Shown here in pieces: positions 25,360 through 40,000 of a DNA stretch of 64,000 nt; within the stretch, counting starts at the first letter, position 1; every line of letters begins with the position of its first letter. A model generated the notes under the pieces. The model searched no databases. It had not been told where the DNA came from and worked only from the letters and a program-made list of their open reading frames with translations. The DNA lies in contig JAWQFM010000003.1 in NCBI GenBank assembly GCA_033442325.1, positions 346,724-410,723 of the forward strand. The letters are read 5' to 3'. Source of the DNA: Salpingoeca rosetta. Lineage: Eukaryota > Protista > Choanoflagellata. Both the position numbers and the translations under genes were made by a program.

Positions 25360-28300
25360 CACACACACACACACACACGGACACACACACACACACGCAC
25401 ACACACACACAGCTGCTTGTGAATGGGGCGCGCACAAGTGTTGGCATCAGCACCAGCCACACCTTGGCTGTGTACGCCTTTACCACGTACAGCATTGCTG
25501 TGGAAGCGTGCAACTCTGAAGCATGTGCCGTGAGCAATGCCACCAGCATCACCACGAGCCCTGCTGGCGTGCAAGGCCAAGGTGCACCGACACTGACGGC
25601 AACATCCCCACGCGCTCTCAGCATTTCGTGGTCACCTCCAACCGCGCTCAACGGAGACCTGCAAAACTACCGCGTTGAGCTGCAGCAGGTGCCAGGGGGC
25701 GATGTTGCTGTCGTGTTCACGGGCACTGATACTGAGACGACGGTCAGCGGCCTGCTGCCGTTCACAACGTACCGTGCGCGCGTCACCACGTCAAACGTGC
25801 AAACGACTGAATCTGCAACTAGCCCTTGGACCAACACCACGCTTCCACCCGCAGGTGGGTGTCGTGTTCATGTGCAGGGCGAAAGAGGAGAGAGACAGTG
25901 TGTGCGTGCATGTGTGTGTGTGTGTGTCCGTGTGTATGCGCGCGCGCGTGTGTGTATGTGTGTGTGGAGAATGCTGCATGTTGACCTGCATTATTTGTGA
26001 CATTTGTCATCAGCGGCTGCTTGCTTTGCAGCTGTTTCTTGCTTTCATTCAACCATCCATCTGGTTCTGCCCCCATTGTTAACCACAACACAAAATCCAC
26101 ACACACACACACATACACTTGCTGATTGTGTCGTTGTGCTCGTGCAGCCCCCGAAGGTGTTGCACCACCAAGTCTCGTGAGACTGCAAGCACGCACGGCA
26201 ATCGTGCGGCTCGCACCACCTGCGCAACCCAACGGTATCACCGAGTCGTACACGCTCGTGCTGAACGGCACCGATGTTGACACCGCACAAGCCGCCGGGA
26301 ACCGCACGCTCTCGTCGCTTCTCCCATACACCACGTACTCGCTCGTCGTACGCGTCTGTACAGGTAAATTGGCCAACACTGCAAACACACACGCGCACCC
26401 ACAACTTTACTGGGAAAGAACACCTGTGGTGTGCCTGTGCCTTGCTGACTTGACGTGTCCCCTTTCTTGTTTACATCTCACCCCTGCACATGTACGCATT
26501 GCATTGTTCTTGCGTTTGATTGCAGAGGATGCTGGGTGCACGACGTCGTCAGCGCTCGTGTTCACCACGGTGGAGGACGTGCCTGAAGGCTTGACTGCGC
26601 CAACTGTGGCTGCGCTGTCACCAACACGTGTGCGTGTCACCTGGTCTCGCCCGACGCAGCCCAACGGCGAGATCACACGCTATGACGTGCAGCGCGTGCA
26701 CACGCCGATGGACGGCTCGTCACCGGAAACAACCACCACCACTACCATCACGGAGGGACTGGGTGCTGCATCGCTTGAGATTGAGGATGATGTGTCGCCC
26801 TATGAGCGGTACACATACTCCATCATCGCCTTCACCTCGGCAGGTTCAGCTGCCAGTGATCCAACCAGCATCACGACGCCCGAAGCAGGTACGTTATGCC
26901 ACTGCGACTGGCGTTGCCTTATAGCTTTGTGATTGCGGTTGTTTTTCCCCCTCATTCTTTGCTTGTTGTGAAATAATGGTGTATCATCGCATGCTCAAAG
27001 TTTGTGTTTTGGTTGCGCCATCATCGCCACCCCCGCACCACAACATGAATCACAACCTCACCTGTGCACGTACACGTTTGCATGTCCATCAGTGCCAACT
27101 GGGCTCGCCCCACCTGTTGTTTCCGACATTGCTTTCACGTCCGCTATCGTGTCCTGGTAAGTTTGGGGTTGTGCAGCTTAAACGCGCGCGCATATATGTG
27201 TGTGTGTGTGTGCGTGTGTGTGTGCGTGTTTGCAAGCAAGCATATGGCACATGAGTCCAACGCAAGCGTGTGCGCTCTGGTTTGTGCTGCAATGTTCATC
27301 TCACCTTCCACCACCTCCCTTGGCCGCCTCCCTTTGCCAACCACACTCTCAGGTCTGCACCCACCTCCCCCAACGGAGCGCTCGTGCAATATCACTTGCT
27401 GCTGCGGGAAGAGGGCGATACCACGGATGAGATCGTGGCGGAAGGCCTGGGCACCAACGCTTCGCTGACTCTGCTCACCCCTTACACCGGCTATCGCGTG
27501 CGCGTGCGATTTGTCAACTCGGTTGGCGTCGTCACCTCAGATTTCACAGACTTTGAAACGCTGCAAGCAGGTGCGCGCATGCGTTGTTTGCCTGTATAAT
27601 AATCAGATGCAGTGCCATGAGCGCTAGCGTTCTTTCTACTCGTGCCATGAAGGCCGAGATTCAGCATGCATTCTCGGCCGCACAGATGCCTGCAGGCATG
27701 CGGAGCCCTTTTCATCTTGAGGATGTTTAGCCCTTGAGTTGCTTGGATTTGCACAACTCCTCACATAAGCCCTTCTTTTCGTTTCCTGCTGTGCCATCTG
27801 TTGATGCTCGCAGCGCCGGACGGCTTCTCGCCACCTCAAGTTGTGTCAACGACGTCGTCATCACTGACCATTCAGTGGCCGGCACCAGCAACGCCAAATG
27901 GGGTTATCGCCCGCTACATCGTTCATGTTGATGCCCGCACCATCGAGACGGGTGTGTTCGAGCGTACATGCACTGCTTGCTTCGTGGATGTACATGTAAT
28001 GTTGTTGAACATGTGTTGAATGACGGGCACAGATGCAGACAGCACACACACACGCGCACACACACACACACATACGCACGCGCACACGCACACACGCATA
28101 CGCGCGCACACACACACACACACCCATGTGTATGTTCTGCCACTCACTAAGATGCTCTCGTTGGGCTGTCATTGCGTGCAATGTCAATAGCACCGACACT
28201 GCGCCAGGTCACGGTGACTGATCTGCTGCCAAATCAGGTGTACTCCGTGTTCGTGGAGGCGTGCACCGAGGCCGCCTGTACAAGTAGCGCTTCCATCACA

Positions 28301-29753
28301 GGAACCACAGACAAACGAGGTGCGCCGTGTGCCTGCAGCACGGGGTGTGATGTTGGTGTTCCACTGCGCTTCCACACATGAGCTTAAGAGCAACAACGCA
28401 TTCACGCACACAAACCTGCTCACTCACTCACTCACTCACTCACTCACTCACTCACTCACTCACTCACTCACTCACTCACTCACTCACTCACTCACTCACT
28501 CACTCACTTACTTACACACCCACTCACTTACTTACTCACTCCACTCACTCCGAACAGCGCCTGCTGAGCCCGAAGCGCCACAAGCGACGCCGCTCGATCC
28601 CACAACCATTCTCGTGCGCTGGGCGGCACCATCGTCGCCAAACCAGCCCCTCACCCATTATGAACTCTATCGTAACGGTTTCGTCGTGTTCACTGGTAAG
28701 CTGCGCCCTAGAACGCGCTGTCAGTCCCACTCAGAACGTACGAGTGCACGCGGGTGTTCTGCGATGGGCTGCTGAGCAACGCACGCGTGTTCGCCTCATA
28801 TGTTTGCGTCATCAAAGCGATTGCGTTCGACTTTTTGTGCGCCTTACTGGGTCTGCTCTTCCGGCTATCCGTTGGTCTTGATGCTTTTTGTTTTGCCGCA
28901 TATCTGACTTGACCTGCCTGTTTTGCACGCCCTCACCATCACGTACACAGGGCTGAACACAACGTTTACGGACGAGGGCTTGACCCCTGGCACGAGCTAT
29001 GCGTATGCTGTTGTTGCCTACAACGATGCTGGCGGCTCCACCAGCCCAAGCACGGTCGCTGAGACTCCCGAGGATACGCCTGCGGGCATTGCGCCGCCAA
29101 CCCTGAGCGCCCTCTCGTCCACGTCCATCTCCGCCACTTGGACGTCGCCGAGTACGTACATGCGTTGAGGGCTGTTGAACTTTTGCGAGGTCTTCGCTGT
29201 CCTGCTCTCCGCATGTGTGTGTAATCTTTCTTTCTGCGCGTGTGGGTGTTTCGTGCAACCATACTTGTACGTGCCTGTTAATGTCTCTCTGCTCACGGTT
29301 TGCTCATTCATCAACTGGACGGGCGTCATGCACACTATGTTCAGGTGTTCCGAACGGCATTGTCATCTCGTATGCGCTGATTGACCTCGACACGTCTGAG
29401 ACGGTGTGCACGGGCGATGCGGCCCTGCGCTCGTGTGTTGTGAGTGAACTCAGCATCTACACGCTGTACACCTTCCAGGTGCAAGCGTGCACGGCATCTG
29501 GCTGCGGGTTGAGTGCAGACGCCAGTGTTCGCACGAACGCTGCCCCTCCAGTTGGCCTCGCCCTTCCATCCCTGAGCGCCGTCAACGCGACCAGCGTCTC
29601 TGTGTCGTGGATGCCGCCCACTAGCCCCAACGGCCCCGTTGTCGCGTACCAGCTCTGGGTTGCAGCGCACTTTGTGCAAACCCCAAGTACGTTGCCCTGT
29701 GTGTGTGTGTGTGTGTGTGTTTGTGTATGTGCATGCGTGCGTGCGTGCGTGCG

Positions 29754-29789
<36 letters not shown>

Positions 29790-30355
29790 TGTGTATGTGC
29801 GGGTGTGCGTCTGCGTGTGCATGCAAACAGGCCTCCTGTGTTGTTGTTGTTGTTGTACATTGGTCTCCTTTGGTTTTCTCGTGCTAATTCGCGCTGTTGC
29901 GTGTTACTCTTGCGGCTGCAGGTGGTATGTCCATGTCGCTGCCCTCAAACGGAAGCAGCACAACAACGATGACATCCACCGCCACGACAACCGCTGCACA
30001 AACGACAACAGCTTCCACAATGGGCGGAACAACAACACCTGTTGTGTCCACGCAGAGCGGGCCGACGATGCTGAATCTTCTCGATCCAGGCAACGTCAAC
30101 GGCACTGCGGTGCAGAACGCAGACGGGAGCTGGACGTTTGCCGATGACGCTTTTCTGCAGCTGCTGTCGCATGGCATGCGCATCACGTCTCGCTTCTCCA
30201 TCGCTTTTGACATGCAACAGACGCCAGGCAACTCGGGCTACTACCTCGCCAAGTCAGACGCCCTCGGCCGCAGGTATGTCGCTCGATTGCAGGCAAGGTG
30301 CCGTTTGTCCGCATGCCACATTGCAGCCTCGAACATGGTCTCTTGAACTGAGAAT

Positions 30356-30404
<49 letters not shown>

Positions 30405-31672
30405 ACACACACACACAAACGCTCACTCGCATACACGTTTACACACACACACACACACACAAACGCTCACTCGCATACACGTTTACACACGTCCATGCAC
30501 ACTTGTGCGCTGCACACAGGTTCTTCAGTCTGTACAACACGGCGACGAGTCAGCAGCTGTATTTTGTGTACCGTGTGCCTGGAGCAACCGACATTCGGTT
30601 CACACGGTTCACGACCAATCTCAACGATGGCAACAGGCACAAGGTTGGTGTGATGGGTGTTGCTTGGGGTGGTGGGTGATGGAAACCCTTGCAAGTGACA
30701 CATGCTGCACACGTAGGTGGTCTTCACCTGCTTTGAGGCTGCAAGCACTCGGTAACCCTTGACGCCTATTTTTTTTTTCCCATTGCACCTGCCATATTAG
30801 GTGCTTGTGAGCGTGAACGGCCAGTCAATCACGGTGACTGTCGATGGAAGCGTTGTTGGCACCAATACGCTTGATGCCGAGGTCGATGACTGCGGTGCTG
30901 CCTCGGATGATTGCATCTTCTTCATGGGCCAAAAGGCATCGCTGACAGGTACGCATATGCATGCGGTCAATGTGTGTGTGTGTGAATGCGTATGTGTGAG
31001 TGCGTTCTCGTGTGTGTGCATGTGTGTATGTGAATGCGCTCTCGTGTGTATGCACGTGTGTGGCTGGCTTGTGGGGCTCTTGGGCATTGCCGAGGTTAAC
31101 ATGACCCATGCAGTTCAACATCAGAGCACTTTCTCACCGTGCTCGTGTGGCTTGTTTGCACCGACTCAGGTGACACCCTCAACTTTGACGGCACCATGTT
31201 TGCTGCCGCTCTGTTCCCGGACTCTGCACTGACCGAGTTCCCTCAGCTCGAAATTGTGCAGGTCAGCTGTTGATAGCTTGGTGCTCTGTTTTTTGTGGTG
31301 GTCGTGGTGGTCGTGGTAGTTGTTGTTGTTTAAGTTGTGGTAGTTGTTTAAGTTGTTGTTTAAGTTGTTGTTTAAGTTGTTGTTTAAGTTGTTGTTTAAG
31401 TTGTTGTTATTGTTGTTGTTTAAGTTGTTGTTTAAGTTGTTGTTGTTTGCGCCTGTCATACGGCAAAGGGTATGCGCCAATCGAGGAGAAGTACAATGAT
31501 CTGCAGTACCGCCGACGCGCCCTCACGCTCATGACTGTTGATGACATCGTCGCAAACGTCACAGCGTACGCCAATGCCTCGTGCACTCGTGGCTTAAGTT
31601 GTTGTTGTTGTTTAAGTTGTTGTTGTTGTTGTTGTTTAAGTTGTTGTTGTTAAGTTGTTTAAGTTGTTTAAG

Positions 31673-31707
<35 letters not shown>

Positions 31708-33196
31708 ACTCTTGCTGCTGCTCCATATGTAGTGGTACTGCGTGTGGCGTGCATGATTTGATGTGCGTTTGAAGGACAGTCCTTGCCACGCTGACACCCG
31801 TTCACACTCACGCATCTTGTTTCAATGCACGCAGCCCGGCGGAGATGTGGTGTCGACATCCTCCACAACCACAACCACGACCACGACCACACCAGCGCCA
31901 CAGACGACAACGTCACCAGCACCATCGACGCCGGTAGCAGCCACCCCTGCATCCGCACTTGACCTGCCTGCCTACCTGGGTGAGATGCTTTGCTTGATGA
32001 TGGTGGTGGTGTTGTGTCCGTATGTGTGTGATTGTTTGTATGTGTTCGTATGTGTGTGATTGTTTTGTGTCCGTGTGTGTGATTGTTTTGTGTCCGTGTG
32101 TGTGATTGTTTCTGTGTGTGTGTGATTGTTTGTTCGTATGTGTGTGATTGTTTGTTCCTGTGTGTGTGAATGCGTGATTGTTTGTGTGTACTGATGTATT
32201 CATGTACCCTTGTGTGTGTGTGCGTGTGTGTCTGCGCCTGTTGTGGCATGAGCATTACAACCTGCCTGCAGCTGGCTGCATGCCTGCCTGTTTGCGGTAT
32301 CTTGCTCAACAGTCTCACATGCGTCTCGTGTACAGTGTATGAGGGCTTGGATACGACACGTGTCGTGACAGGTGTGCGGCCCTATTCGCAGTTTATCGCG
32401 TTTGTTCGCGTCATCAACACGGCTGGCTCTGTCGACTCGAGCCTGCGGGCAACCATCACACCACAGGACGGTAAGCTGTCATGTACATGCCAACACCACC
32501 AGCTGTCAGCCCCTTCGTAGCAATAACTGAAGCAACAATACTACTCTCTCACTGAAACAGCCCCTCACACCACCATGATCGCACTCACGCACCCCGTGAC
32601 ACCTCACACCAACACCACTTGCGTCGTCGCCCTTGCACATGGACAGCCCCAGGCCGCGTGTCCGCGCCCAACGCGACGGCCATCAGTGCCAGTGCTGCAT
32701 TGATTGAGTGGAGCGCACCGGAGTTTGCCAATGGAATCATCACCCAATACCAGGTGACGATGATGCAAAGCGAGAAGGCACACAAAGGCGTTACATGAGA
32801 GTGATGTGCTGCCATTTCTATTCTTGAATGAATGGCTTCAGCCACGAAGACAGATGCGCATCCATTTGATCATCCCCTGACTGACAACGACACGGACGTA
32901 CCTTTGCTTGCCTCCCCCTCCGCCTCCTCCTTCCCTCCCTCCCTCCCTCCCTTCCCTATCCTTTTCCCTGGTTGCATGTGTGGTTCTCTTGTTTCGGGTT
33001 TGTTGCCTGTGCAGATTCGCGTGCGTGCTGCTGGCAACCAAGGCCGCGGCTCCGCTGTTTTCACCGGCTTTGCGTTCTCGCACATTGCAACGAATTTGGA
33101 CCCGGCAACCAGCTACGAAGCCCAGCTCATCGTATCCACCAGTGCTGGCAGCACAGCGTCTGCTTGGACAGCCTTCACCACCCGCGAAGCACGTGC

Positions 33197-33283
<87 letters not shown>

Positions 33284-33940
33284 CGTCGTGCGTTTCTTTT
33301 AGAAGTGTCATAGGTTTTGTTTTGCTACCACCGCTGTGCTCTTTCCTCCAGCCTACTTGTGGGTTGTATTCTCCCCTCTCTCCTTCCACCTTCTTACGTC
33401 GTCGATTGCTGCGTACTGTTTGCGTGTTTTGCGCTGCAGTCCCGACTGGGCTGGCTGACCCCGTGCTCAGCGACATTCAGGCCACCAGCGCCCGCGTTTC
33501 CTGGTCACCACCTTCGTCTCCAAACGGTTCGTCGCAACACCTGCAGTGTCGGCCGTGCTTGCATGCCGGTGGCCGCACACTGATGCATATTCTCTCTTCT
33601 GTCTGACGCGTTTGCACACACGTACACACGCACGCCCATACCATTTCTTTGCTTCTTGTGCTGGTTGTTTGTCATCCACCTCTATTCTTTGCAACAACAA
33701 CCTTTTTTCTTGCAGGTGAGATTACCCGCTATCTGCTGCTGGTGGATGGCACAACCGTCTTCAATGGAAACACTCTGGAGACGACGTTGTCCTCGCTCTC
33801 GCCAGGCACAAGCTATGATGTGCAGCTGCAAGCGTGCAACACGCTTGGGTGCACCTCTAGCACCGCCACCTTGTACACCCGCGAAACAGGTGGGCATCTG
33901 ACACGCTTGCTTCTCAGTACTGCACGACCTAAACCATGCC

Positions 33941-34007
<67 letters not shown>

Positions 34008-37000
34008 GCCACGAGACTCACGAAACACTGCGGTTCCCATGCGTCTCTGTTTGTTGTTCCTTGCTTGCTTGTGTGCTCCTGCAGCGCCTGGGGGTCTCGC
34101 AACACCTATCATTGCGAGCGTGCAGGCACGCGCCATCACCCTTGCCTGGCAACCACCAACGTCGCCCAATGGGCAGGTGCGAGCGTGCGTGCATGGATGA
34201 ATGTCACGTTGGAAGTGTGTTTCTTTGCTCTTTTATTTCTTTTGTGCTCTGACGGTGTGTGGTTATTGCAGTGGTTTCTGCGCTCACATCCTCGCTTTCA
34301 TCTTCAACATGCTAACAATCATCTGTCGCACATTGGGAATCCAGGTGTCGTACGTTGTGCAGCGGCGCGAGTTGACTGGGGACGAAAACAGCCCAACGCC
34401 ACTGGCAACACAGAACATTACGGAACCCACCACTGACACATCGCTTGTGGACACCAATGTCTCCCCCTTTACCCAATATGAGTATCGCATCGCAGCCTTC
34501 ACCACGGGTAAGCAGTGCGCTGCACAAGCTTTGCCTGCAAGCAATACCACACCTGCCATTGATGTCTCCTCTGTGTGTCCGATGGCATACAAGCCCCTCC
34601 CCCAACAAATACAGTTGCATGCAAGCACCGACTCGCACACACACACACACACACACACACTCACTCACTCACACACACACACGCGCTCTCTCTCACTCTT
34701 ACTCGCCTTACGCAAACATACGACACGCACAACCTCTCCTTTGACTTAGGCGGCACAACGCTGTCTGGTTGGGTTGCCGTGCGCACGAGCGAGGCTGCGC
34801 CCGAAGGCATTGCACCACCGACTGTCATTGCAACTGCACCCAGGAGCCTGGCCGTGACGTTTGCACCACCAGCAACGCCAAACGGCGTCGTGACGAGCAT
34901 GCGCATTGTCGTCAGCGCCGCTTCCGGCACCGTGCTGACGGTGGATGCCACGGGAACACGCTCCCTCAACATCACCGACTCTGATGCGCTGTCTGCATAC
35001 ACAACCTATGACGTCGCTTTGGAGGCGTGTACGGATGCCGGTTGCTCAACGTCGCAGCCCTCCCAAGTGGCCACCCCCGAAGACGGTACGTGCATCGAAC
35101 GCTCTTGTTCTCATGTGTAAGTGGTTTGAAGGCGTCCTTGATCGGCACCCCATCTCACCACGAACATACATGCACACACACACACACACACGCGCGCGCG
35201 TGTACGCACACACGCACACATGTACACACACACATGCACACACACACACACACACATGCACACACACTCACTCTCACACACATGCACACACACGCACTCT
35301 CACACACGTACATACACATGCACACACACACACACACACACAGACCCTGTGGACTTGGCTCAGCCTGTTGTGACGACAATCAACTCCAGCGCGTTCCAGA
35401 TCAACTGGCTGCCGCCATCACAGCCCAACGGCATTATCACCACGTACATTCTCATCATCGGTCGCGTAACGGGCCCGCCGGCCATCGTATCGCTCAACGG
35501 CGACGTGCTTTCCTATGTGTTTGCGGATCCGGCGTTTGTTCAGCCTTACACCGTGTACCAGTTCCTCTTGCAGGCGTGCAATTCTATCTCTTGCGTGACA
35601 AGCTTGAGTGTGGACGCACGCTCCGGCGAGGTGCCACCATCGGGCCTTGCATCGCCCACACTCGTCGCCCTGTCCAACGGCGACGTCAGCGTGTCATGGG
35701 CGCCGCCAGAGAACGCAAATGGCCAAATCACAGAGTACATTGTGTTCCAGCAGCAAGGGTCTTCCTCCCTTGCTCGCCGCCGCCGCGCTGCTGGCAACTC
35801 CACCGTGCCCGTGTCATCCACAGCAACAGCAGCGACAACAGTGACAACCCCGCCTGGTGCTGGTGGCTCAACGTCCTCCACACCCCCGCTCGACCCCATC
35901 AGTTCCACATCAACCACAACGGCGCAAATGAGCCCCGTGACCTCCTCGTCCTCCACAGCGACCACGGCTGCCCCAACGACGCCACTGTCTTCGATGCCAC
36001 TGCCGTCCACGGTACCTGCCGCGGCGACCACAGGAGCAGGTCCAATTGCTTCATCGAGTGCTCCAGCGGCATCCACATCCACGAGCACATCGCTGCCACC
36101 AGCGACGACCGTGCAGCAAACCGTTCGCATGGCGGGCGTGTCTGCGGCGGACGTGCCACTTCCGCTTGTGGAGCAGGTGTATCTGGATGCACTGGACGCC
36201 AAAGCACAGGAGGTCACCGCTGAGCTGAAGGACTCGAACTCCACTCTTCTTCGCCGCCGACGCCGGCGACGACGTGCCACACAGGAAGGCGAGGCAGTGC
36301 TTGTTGTTGTGACAGCGACAGTACCGCGTTTGGATGACGTGAGCGACGCTGTCCAGGCCATGCAGCATGTTGTATGGTCAGGCACGCTGCTGACAGCATT
36401 GCAGTTTGCGGATCCAGCCACCTTCCGTGACGCAACCATCACTGTCGCACAGGACGCCGCCGCCGTCGCAGACTCGACAACCCCGGCCACCGGCACAAGT
36501 GCACCGGCATCTACCACATCCACCATTGCAGCGACGACGACGACAACGACAACGTCAGCGACAACGGAGGAGCCGGTGATCGTGTATCGTGGACTGGACA
36601 CGCAGGTCATTGTGTCTGGTTTGCTGTTCAACACGGAGTACACGTTTGTGGTTGCCGCAAGCAACGGTGCTGGCAGTGTGTTCAGCGATCCCACCAGCGT
36701 GCACACCGTGGACGGCCCACCGTCTGGTGTTGCCGCGCCGACTGTGGCCCAGGACACGCCAACATCTGTCCGCGTGGTGATTTCAGCGCCAGACATGCCA
36801 AACGGAGACGGCGTTTCCTACAGCGTGCTTGTGGATGGCTCTGCGTCTGCCGACGCCAGCGAGGCGGGCGAGGTCGTGGTCAATGGCCTCCAGCCCTTCA
36901 CCACGTACACTGTTGCCGTGCAAGCGTGCACGACTGGCGGCTGCACAACCAGCAGCGCCGTGAGCATTCGCACGTTGTCAGATGCCCCTGCTGACCTTGA

Positions 37001-40000
37001 TGCCCCAAGTGTGACGGCAACGTCGTCGTCGTCGCTCGTCGTGACCTGGATGGCGCCCGGAAAGCCCAACGGCATGTTGTTGGACTACAAGGTGTGGCTG
37101 CGAGAACTCGAGCAGTGCAGCATTGCCGAGTACCGCGAGGAAAATGGGTATGTGGTGCAATCGGAGGCAGGCCTGCCCACGCGCGACAACGACGGGCTGT
37201 CCTGTCGCTTCGTCACGTGTCCTCTTGGCCTGAGCGCCTGCGGGCTGACCTGCTACGATCCGTTCAACGAGGCGTGCTGCGATGGTCAGGTGCACGACCG
37301 GCAGTCTGGCCACGAGTGCTGCGGCACCAACTACGTTGCAAGCGATGGCTCCGGTGACACCACTTGCTGTGGCGGCCAGCTTGTGCCCACACGCGCCGGG
37401 TTTGGCTGCTGCGCTAGCCGCTACGTTTCCATGGGTGCCGACCAGGTGTGCTGTGAAGGCCAGGTGCAGACTGGCAACGAGTGCTGTGGCGACATTGGCT
37501 TTGTCAACACGCCGGAGCAGCCACGCATCTGCTGTGGCGGACAGGTCTTTGACAGCTTCAGCAACCGCCAGTGCTGTGGTGGTTCCATTGTCTCGTCTCA
37601 GCTCGTTTGCTGCGGCGGCCTCGATACCGGCATCGCCCACGACCCAATGTGCGTGTGGTGGTGTTGTTGTTGTTCTTGGTGTTGTTGCAAGTGTACATAC
37701 TCGTGCGCGCCTGCATGTGTGTGTGTGTGTCGGTGCGTGAAGTATGTGTGAAACTGTGTGCTTTGAATGTGTGTGGAACTTCGCGCTTTGTTGACCAACA
37801 CAAGATCTTTGCTTGCGTTCATCCATAGCTTTGTTGGCTCACGTGTGTGCCCTTTTCGCTCATCTCTAACCAAAAATCATTGCAGGGAAGAGTTTGCGTG
37901 CTGTGGAACAGATTATGTGCACGGACCAACGAGCACATGCTGCGGTGAAGGCGCTGATGCTCAGGCGTTCACGTACGGCACCGCAGAGGAGAAGTCGCAA
38001 GATTCGCGAACATGCTGCGCCAACGACCTCATCGCTCAGGTTTGAATACTGCTGATGTGCGGATACGTTTGCATGTGCATGCATTTGTGCAACATGTGTG
38101 TGTGTGTTGAATGTTGCGTGTTGCGTGTTGTGTGAGTGTGTGTATGATGTGTTGCGTGTTGCGTGTTGCGTGTCGCGTGTCGCGTGTCGCGGGTGGCTGC
38201 TCGTTGACTCCACCTTTCATAGCTTTCAATGCGTTTTGTGTCCATTCAAGACCTTGTCCATGACACCCGCCTCACTCAACGCACCCCCTTTGACAGTCAC
38301 AGGAGTGCTGTAATGGCCGCGCGTATGATCCCACGACCGAGACATGCGCAGACCGAACGTCTTCGTCCAGCAGCACGATTCGCGAGTGCTCAGCGGGAAC
38401 CGTGTGCTCTGGCGCCGGCAGCGACGGCGCCGTGTGTGGCAGCTGCGACTTTGACAACACCCAGCAGTCGTGCTTCGCGGTCGACGTGACCCAGGCGCTG
38501 GCTGATGCCGCGCAGCACCCAGACCGCACGCTTGTTGTGCCGCCACAGGAGGAGAGCCAGTGCATGTATGTGCTGTGCGGGCTCGACGAGAGCGTGTGTG
38601 GCGCAACGTGCTTTGGCCCAGACGAGGTGTGCTGCAGTGGGAAAGTGTACCAGCGCGACAGCTCCCGTCGCTGCTGTGGCACCAGCTACCTCCCGCGAAC
38701 AAGTGGCGACGTGTGCTGTGGGAACGCCCTGTATCCGTCACAGCCCGGCCACGCCTGCTGTGGCAGCCGCTACGTCGACATCCCCGATGGCAGCGTGTGC
38801 TGTGACGGGCTTGTGCTGGATGGTGACTCGTGCTGCGGCGCCGAGGGCTACTATGCCGTAGACGTGGGCGATTCAATGAAGTGCTGTGGCGGACAGCTGC
38901 TTGAGACCACAAGCGGTATCCAGCAGTCGTGCTGTGGCAGCGGTTTGATCGTGTCGGGCGAGGTGTGCTGCGAGGGCGTGTCGTACGAGCAACAAGACGG
39001 GTACGCGTGCTGTGGATCCGCGTACGTGCGCGAGGACAGCAGTCTCTGCTGCAAGGCAGCGGATGGCGCTATTGTGGTGCACGATTACAGCAGCGCATCG
39101 GCCAAGGCGCTCGCGGGCGAGGTGTGCTGTGGCACCAGCGCCATCCCAAGCCACCTTGGCTGCTGCAACGGCGAGCCATTCGACGAGACGGAGTACGTGT
39201 GCGCGGACCGCAGCAGCGGCTCTCGCTCATCCTGCGCTGCCGGCCGCCTGTGTCCCGTCAGCCAGGCAGACTCTGCGTACTGTGATTCGTGCTCGTTTGA
39301 CACGGCCGCGAGCGTGTGCGGCGTTGCGGTTGGCGTGCCGTTCACGCCGGAGTGCAGCGCCACGCCCTCCCTCGCGTACGCGGGCCCGGGCTTCACGGCG
39401 ACGGTGAACGACCTGAAGGAGGACACGCGTTACGAGGCCCAGGTCGAGGCAGCAACCATCGGTGGCGTGGCTCGAAGCGGGTGGACGCCCGCAAGCACGC
39501 TTTCCGGCGAGCTTCCTGCGCCACGCTTGCTCGTGCTGGGCAACAGCAGCATCCTCGTGTCATGGGACGACGCACCCACGGAGTTTGGTGTTGTGCAGCG
39601 GTATGAGCTTTACCGCGACGGCACCGTGCTCGTGTTCTCTGGCCTGTCCACCGTGTTTGAGGACACAGGCCTGGTCCCCGGCACCATGCACACGTACGAG
39701 TACGTCGCTGTGTCTGAGTTGACGACGACGCGCTCGCGCACAGCCAACGCGACCACGTTCACCTCTGTACCCGCGGGCTTCAGCGCCCCAACGTGCACTG
39801 CGCTCGGTGCAACCAGCGTGCAGGTGCAGTGGACAGAGCCTTTGCAGCCCAACGGCATTATTCTGCAGTACATTCTGCAGCGTGGTGACTCCCCAGACAC
39901 GCGCACCAACGTGCAGCTGAGCCTGGCGGAGGTGGTGCAGGGCCTGGAACCGGCGACCGCCTACACGTTCCGCGTGTTTGCCTGCACCGAGACGGGCTGC

